Source: Candidatus Krumholzibacteriia bacterium
GTDB taxonomy: Bacteria > Krumholzibacteriota > Krumholzibacteriia > LZORAL124-64-63
Length of the DNA stretch: 21,757 bases
Assembly: GCA_036351155.1 (NCBI GenBank)
Contig: JAZBOO010000077.1
Coordinates: 1-21,757, forward strand
Reading direction: 5' to 3'
The notes beneath the pieces were generated by a model. That model was not told the origin of the DNA, did not search any database, and saw nothing but the letters and a program-made list of their open reading frames with translations. A program made the translations under genes and the position numbers. Below are positions 16,881 through 21,757 of the stretch, piece after piece (the stretch's first letter is position 1; each line of letters starts with the position of its first letter).

Positions 16881-17001
16881 GGGCAACTCCGGTTCGGGTG
16901 GGGGGCCAATCCTGCCTGCATGATGCGCCAGGTGGACCAGGGAGTCTACCCCGGACGTGGCCGGATTATTCGATGGGCAGCGATGAGTTGGGCTCCCCCC
17001 C

Positions 17002-17769
17002 TCACCCCGTGCGCATGGCCAGGATCTTCTTCAGATCCAGGGGCTCGGCGAAGCACTTGAACGCCGCTTCCTTGCTGTCGATGCCGTGGATGGACATGCG
17101 GTCCGCCAGCTCGTTCCCCTCCACGCCCACGTGGCCATTCACGTGCAGCACCGGCACCTGGCTCCGCAGTTGCTTGTAGAGGAGGTAGGATTCCTGGATC
17201 AGCTCCAGGTTCTTGATCTCCCCGCCCTGTTTCTTCCAGCCCTTGCGCTCCCAGTTGAAGGCCCACTGGGTGATGCACTGGATGGAGTATTGCGAGTCGC
17301 AGAAAATGGCCACCGACACCCCTGCATCCAGCTCGCGGCTGGCCATGAGCAGGGCCTGGTGCATGGCGTTCAACTCGGCGGTGTTGTTGGTGCCCCGGGG
17401 ATTGAAGAGGCCGAACCATAGCTCCGCCACCTTCCCTTGCCGATAGACAGCCACGCCGGAGGCGGCCTTGCCCGGGTTGGGTTCGCAGCCGCCGTCGGTG
17501 AAGATCTTGGTGTGGGCGGGATGCTCGTCCACCTCGGCTGCGCTGTGGGTCTTCAGACCCCGGCGGGCCGATTTCGGCTTCGGTGCGGCCTTGGCCTTCT
17601 TCAGGGCGGCGGCGGGGGAGTCGGCGAAAGCGGCCTCGGCCTCGGCCAACGTCTTGTAGGACTTGTATTTTGCGCCGGCGACGCCGCTCACCTGGGCCTT
17701 GCAGCTGTCCCAGTCGCGGTAGATGCCTGCTTTCTTGCCGGACCAGACAACGTAAAACTTGCTTGCCAC
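17002..17769 (-). CDS. rnhA: Ribonuclease HI with N-terminal viroplasmin-like (Cauli_VI) hybrid-binding domain
   Basis: KFYVVWSGKKAGIYRDWDSCKAQVSG...YKSY domain; RNase H residues FTDGG, TNNTAEL, CDSQY and HVNGHVGVEGNELAD. Start GTG 17769 with GGAG RBS. Confidence 0.92.
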   Translation of the reverse strand: MASKFYVVWSGKKAGIYRDWDSCKAQVSGVAGAKYKSYKTLAEAEAAFADSPAAALKKAKAAPKPKSARRGLKTHSAAEVDEHPAHTKIFTDGGCEPNPGKAASGVAVYRQGKVAELWFGLFNPRGTNNTAELNAMHQALLMASRELDAGVSVAIFCDSQYSIQCITQWAFNWERKGWKKQGGEIKNLELIQESYLLYKQLRSQVPVLHVNGHVGVEGNELADRMSIHGIDSKEAAFKCFAEPLDLKKILAMRTG

Positions 17770-17989
17770 GCTACGCTCCGTCTTTGGTGATGGGATGGAT
17801 TCCTTGGGGGGCAATATACTGTGCAGGCCGCGGGTAATGCCAAGGGCTTTTGCGGAGTCAGGGCAAAACAAAAGTAGCCTTTTCGATAAGTCGGAAATAG
17901 GCAGGCAATTCCACGCATGATACCCTGATCGAGGTCGCAGATTGACTATACCCCATGACAAGGGACGACGATATGCAGAAGGAAAAGGC

Positions 17990-18916
17990 ATGATCTACAC
18001 CATCACCCTGAACCCCGCCCTGGACCGCGCCCTGGAAGTGGATGGGCTACTGCACGACGAGACCACCCGGATCCAGTCCGAAACGGTCTACGCCGCGGGC
18101 AAGGGCATCGATGTGTCGCGGGTCATCAGCGAACTGGAGGGGCGCAGCGTGGCCCTGGGCCTGCTGGGCGGCTACGCCGGGCTGCAGCTGGAAGGCCTGC
18201 TGGTCAACGCCGGCGTGCTCACGGATTTCACCCGCATTGCCGGGGAAACCCGCACCAACATCATCCTCAAGGAACGGACCCCAGGACGGCAATACGTCAT
18301 CGGGGCGGCCGGTCCCGAGGTGAAGGCCGCCGAGATCGGCCAGTTCAACGAGCTGGTGCGCGACCTGAAAGATGTCAACTACCTGGTGATCAGCGGGAGC
18401 CTGCCCCGGGGTGTGCGGCCCGAGTTTTACGGTCAGCTGGTTCTGGCCGGCCGCAAGCACGGGGCGTTCGTGGCCCTGGACGCCGATGGGACCGCCCTGA
18501 CCGAAGGCGTGGAATGCGGGCCCAACCTGATCAAGCCCAACATCCACGAGCTGGGCCGCCTGGTCGGCGGGACCCCGACCACCGATGAGGAAATCCTGGC
18601 GGCTTGCGACCAGCTCCATGCCCGCAACATTCCCCTGGTCATGGTGTCGCGGGGACCGAAGGGTCTGTTGCTGTCCGGCGAGGGTCGGCGCATCAAGGCC
18701 GTGGGACCGGTCATCAAGGCCGACAGCGTGGTCGGAGCCGGTGACTCCACCGTGGCTGGATTCATCCTGGGCCACTGCCGCGGTCAGGCACTGGAAGATT
18801 GCCTGCGCCTGGCCTGCGCCGCAGGCACGGCCACTGCGGGAACTCCCGGCACCGAACTTTGCCACCGTCCCGAGGTGGAGCGCTTGCTGCCGTTGATCGA
18901 GGTGACGGCGCTTTGA
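17990..18916 (+). CDS. 1-phosphofructokinase-family (PfkB) sugar kinase
   Basis: MIYTITLNPALD, GKGIDVSR, GETRTNI, ISGSLP, LIKPNIHEL and DSVVGAGDS; start ATG 17990. Confidence 0.92.
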   Translation: MIYTITLNPALDRALEVDGLLHDETTRIQSETVYAAGKGIDVSRVISELEGRSVALGLLGGYAGLQLEGLLVNAGVLTDFTRIAGETRTNIILKERTPGRQYVIGAAGPEVKAAEIGQFNELVRDLKDVNYLVISGSLPRGVRPEFYGQLVLAGRKHGAFVALDADGTALTEGVECGPNLIKPNIHELGRLVGGTPTTDEEILAACDQLHARNIPLVMVSRGPKGLLLSGEGRRIKAVGPVIKADSVVGAGDSTVAGFILGHCRGQALEDCLRLACAAGTATAGTPGTELCHRPEVERLLPLIEVTAL

Positions 18917-18922
18917 GGTGGG

Positions 18923-20188
18923 CTAATCTCCGGCCAACCCCTCCACCGAATACGGATTCATGAACTGCCGCCCCCACAGCACCGCGCGGTCCACCGTCGA
19001 GAGCTGCGCTTCATCGCACACGGCCTCCCAGTGGGCCTCGATGGCGGTCTTCTGACCCAGAGCAATGTGCAGGGCCTCCTCCCTGGTCAGATGAAAAGCC
19101 GGCGCCGCCTCGAGGCACGAAGAAATACGGCTCATCCGATTTTCCCCAGCAATGAACATGGCCTGGGACGCCTCGTTTCCCGCACGAGGCTGAGGGCAAA
19201 TATCGTAGGCCGGGGTCAACCTCATCATCTTTCCATCCCAGAAGGCCGCATGGTTGCGGGCGTGGTCGTCCGTGTTGCCACACAGAACGTTGAAGACCAG
19301 GCGCCCGAATAGCTCGCGCAAGGTTGCGGCAGGCTTGGCAAAACGGTGGCGGATGATCTCCCCCAGCTTCTCGTAGCTGGCGTAGCGGGCCGTCATCTCG
19401 TCCAGCTCGAAAAGCGTCAAGGCCGACACCATGTGCCGGCGCAGCCAGCCATCTTTGGCGGGCTGACGGTCGAACCTGTCGATCAGCAGGACATCCTTCC
19501 CCCACGCCCGGGTCAGGGACACCGGCGCCACTTCCAATCCCATCACGGCGGCCAGGCGCATGGCCACGAACTCGGCCTTGACCACGCTGTACAGATCCGA
19601 GCTCGAGGAAAACTTGGCGATGAGTTTGCGCTCGCCGTCATCGATCAACGCCTTGGGACGCGCGCCGCCAATGGAACTGCCATGAATCAGGGCCTGATCC
19701 AGTTCCGGTGAAAGGGGAATACCCTGCTCCACCTTGTCCGCCGCCTGCATGAGCTCTTCCAGGGTAGAGATGCCACCCAGGCGCGGCACGTAATGGGTGG
19801 GCGATTGCTGAAAATCCAGGGCCCCGATCCGGTCGGACCCGGAGGACAGCAGGTAGGTCAACTCGTCCAGTTCGGTGGTGTCCATCTCGGCGGTACTGCG
19901 GCCCAGAACCTTGTTCATGATGACCCGGCGCCCCCAGGCGTCAGGGGAGGCATCGCGCAGGCAGTTGGGCATGTGCAAGCCACCCTTCAGTGGCAATACC
20001 CCGGTGCGCAGCGGCAGCTCCGCCTCATGGAGGGAAATGGCCTGGTCGCGAGCGAGATAGCTGCGGCCGTAATTGAATACCAGGTCCTGCCCATCGGCTG
20101 TCAACTTGCCCGCCACCACCGGCTCGGTGGCGCCCGGCAGCCACATCCACACAAAAGCTTCCCGGTGGCCCTGGTCAGAAGTCGTCAT
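18923..20188 (-). CDS. Full-length HipA-family kinase toxin
   Basis: N-terminal HipA subdomain (FNYGRSYL, DASPDAWGR, DRIGALDF), P-loop GSSIGGARPK, IAKF, IDRFDR, NTDDHARNH and LTPAYD; start ATG 20188 overlaps the HTH gene. Confidence 0.92.
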   Translation of the reverse strand: MTTSDQGHREAFVWMWLPGATEPVVAGKLTADGQDLVFNYGRSYLARDQAISLHEAELPLRTGVLPLKGGLHMPNCLRDASPDAWGRRVIMNKVLGRSTAEMDTTELDELTYLLSSGSDRIGALDFQQSPTHYVPRLGGISTLEELMQAADKVEQGIPLSPELDQALIHGSSIGGARPKALIDDGERKLIAKFSSSSDLYSVVKAEFVAMRLAAVMGLEVAPVSLTRAWGKDVLLIDRFDRQPAKDGWLRRHMVSALTLFELDEMTARYASYEKLGEIIRHRFAKPAATLRELFGRLVFNVLCGNTDDHARNHAAFWDGKMMRLTPAYDICPQPRAGNEASQAMFIAGENRMSRISSCLEAAPAFHLTREEALHIALGQKTAIEAHWEAVCDEAQLSTVDRAVLWGRQFMNPYSVEGLAGD

Positions 20189-20507
20189 CGACTTTCCTTT
20201 CGGACTTGCGGACGGCCGCCGGCATGAGCGCGAGATGATCGCGCACCCGATTGAGCTGGGTGCCCAGGGGTGTGGTGTCCGCATCGAACAACGGCACCTC
20301 GACCAGGGCAGCCGTCTCGAAAACCAGACCGATGGAACAACCCGGATCGCCGTTCTCGATCTTGCGGAGGGTGACCAGGGAAATACCGGCCCGTTCGGCC
20401 AGGTTGGCGGCGGTCCAGCGCCGATTTTTTCGTCCGCGCTTGATCAGCTGACCCAGGAGGGTGACCGCCTCCTGGGTGTACTGGGAGTAGGTGCGGGAGT
20501 TGGGCAT
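20175..20507 (-). CDS. XRE-family HTH protein, probable antitoxin of the downstream HipA
   Basis: LGQLIKRGRKNRRWTAANLAERAGISLVTLRKIENGDP; AGGAG RBS; 14-nt overlap with the toxin gene. Confidence 0.88.
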   Translation of the reverse strand: MPNSRTYSQYTQEAVTLLGQLIKRGRKNRRWTAANLAERAGISLVTLRKIENGDPGCSIGLVFETAALVEVPLFDADTTPLGTQLNRVRDHLALMPAAVRKSERKVDDDF

Positions 20508-20568
20508 CGCAGCTCCTACTGTGATGTTATAATTTCACTAAAGACCTTTGAACAACAATATACTTTCT

Positions 20569-20597
20569 ATTTTAATGAATATCGAGCTCCATGTCAA
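20569..20597 (-). promoter_or_regulatory. Near-consensus sigma70 promoter of the HTH-hipA operon
   Basis: On the minus strand: TTGACA (20597-20592), 17-nt spacer, TAAAAT (20574-20569), ~60 nt upstream of the ATG. Confidence 0.75.
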
Positions 20598-20663
20598 GGT
20601 GGGCCGGTTTTTGACTGAATGTTGAATTTTGGCTGCGTTCGCAGCCAAAACTGGGGCCAAAGA

Positions 20664-21218
20664 TCAAATCTCTTCCGCCCACACAATCAGGCGCATCTTC
20701 GTGGGCAAAATCCCATCCACGGGATGACAGGTGACCAGCGTCAATCCGGAGCCCTGGTCCATTTCCAGCGCCGAGGTATCATCGTACGGAACCACCAGCA
20801 GATCGCTCACGCGGTAGGCCTGGTCGCCGGTGGGCGTGTCCACGATGAGCAGATCGCGCAGGCGCAGATCACCCATGAACCCGCCCCAGCTGTCGCGGTG
20901 GCCCGCCAGCGCGATATGACCCTCCTGCCCAGGCCGCGCCGTGTACGGCAGGTGGCTCAGGCCGAAGGCCATGGTCTGGCCCTCGCCCCCTTCCAGGATG
21001 TCGCGCTTCACTCCCAGCTTGGGCACATACAGGCGCCCCACCGGGTGGAAGTCGGCCCAGGACCAGGGCGCGTGGGGCGCGCCGTCGTCCAGGTAACTGT
21101 CGGTGGCTGCGGCCACCAGGCGGGTGGCCGCAAAGCCCTTCAATCTGAGATAGCTGTCGCGGCCCAGCAGCCCGGCTCCGGCCGCAGCCAGCAGGAAAGC
21201 CAGGATCATCATCTTCAT
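20664..21218 (-). CDS. Sortase (class D-like / marine-proteobacterial 'class GN' type)
   Basis: N-terminal TM, PWSWADFHPVGRL, catalytic LAGHRDS, TLVTCHP and downstream R (MRLIV); GGAGG RBS and ATGA overlap with the upstream gene give start 21218. Confidence 0.9.
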   Translation of the reverse strand: MKMMILAFLLAAAGAGLLGRDSYLRLKGFAATRLVAAATDSYLDDGAPHAPWSWADFHPVGRLYVPKLGVKRDILEGGEGQTMAFGLSHLPYTARPGQEGHIALAGHRDSWGGFMGDLRLRDLLIVDTPTGDQAYRVSDLLVVPYDDTSALEMDQGSGLTLVTCHPVDGILPTKMRLIVWAEEI

Positions 21219-21757
21219 GATGCGCACCTCCGGCGCTGCATTAGCCAGATCGTGAGACCGGCCAGCACCATGACCACCCCCAGCAAACGCCACAGATTCT
21301 CCAGAGTACCGCCGGCGGGCAATTGCCCCAGCAACTCCGAACCCTTGGGCAGGCCCGCGGGCACATCGCGGGTGGGGCCGGGCTCATCCACGGTGCGCAC
21401 CAGCTCCACCGCCACGCGGCTGGTGAACCGGGTGACCAGGCCATGGTCCAGCGCCGTGGTCACCACCGCTGCGCGCAGCTCTTCGCGGTCACCGCCGGAA
21501 TCGAGTGCCGCCAGCAGATCGTCCACCCGCCGTTGTGCCCAGCGGGTGGCCAGGCCCGAACCTTCGGGAGCTGCAATCGCTTCCAGACGCAAACCCAGAT
21601 CACCCGCCCCACCATCAGCACGCAGCACACCCTCTAGATCGGTGCCAACGGGGAAGCGCCCCGACCACAACACCAGCTCACCGGGCACCGGCGCAGGCAG
21701 ACGAGCGGGATAGCCGTCCACCTGAGGACTGCCGCCCCACTCCAGGCGCGGATTGGC
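21215..21757 (-). CDS. C-terminus of probable sortase target protein (VIT/vWA-type family); 5' part lies outside the window
   Basis: Frame open to the window edge; LATRWAQRRV, HGLVTRFTSRVAVE, then LPAGG, a hydrophobic helix and RRR; coupled to the sortase gene. Confidence 0.75.
   Translation of the reverse strand, partial: ANPRLEWGGSPQVDGYPARLPAPVPGELVLWSGRFPVGTDLEGVLRADGGAGDLGLRLEAIAAPEGSGLATRWAQRRVDDLLAALDSGGDREELRAAVVTTALDHGLVTRFTSRVAVELVRTVDEPGPTRDVPAGLPKGSELLGQLPAGGTLENLWRLLGVVMVLAGLTIWLMQRRRCAS

Noticed and set aside
17770..17991. 74-aa N-terminal extension of RNase HI in the ORF track
   Set aside because: It spans the AT-richer divergent promoter region; homology and RBS point to GTG 17769.

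Overview
GC-rich bacterial chromosomal window, probably a diderm, read by eye with no database searches. Left part is housekeeping: 3' end of dihydrolipoamide dehydrogenase, a lipoate-protein ligase, an orphan NarL-type response regulator, a signal-peptide M20 amidohydrolase, hflK-hflC, a TatD nuclease and a small cupin-like protein. From ~7.1 to 20.6 kb two different HipA-family toxin-antitoxin operons point towards each other: a tripartite HipB-HipS-HipT type and a bipartite HTH-HipA type. Between them lie an ECF43-like sigma factor / membrane Ser/Thr kinase-TPR / subtilase lipoprotein cluster, lemA-DUF2207, a viroplasmin-domain RNase HI and a PfkB kinase. The right end holds a sortase and the C-terminus of its likely substrate, with an atypical LPAGG signal. 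The most notable unexplained signals are non-coding. One is two diverged copies of a ~145-bp highly structured element (2003-2145 and 3552-3696) with compensatory base changes and GGA hairpin loops. The other is three palindromic operators spaced ~70 bp apart upstream of hipBST. No rRNA, tRNA, CRISPR array, integrase or transposase was seen.
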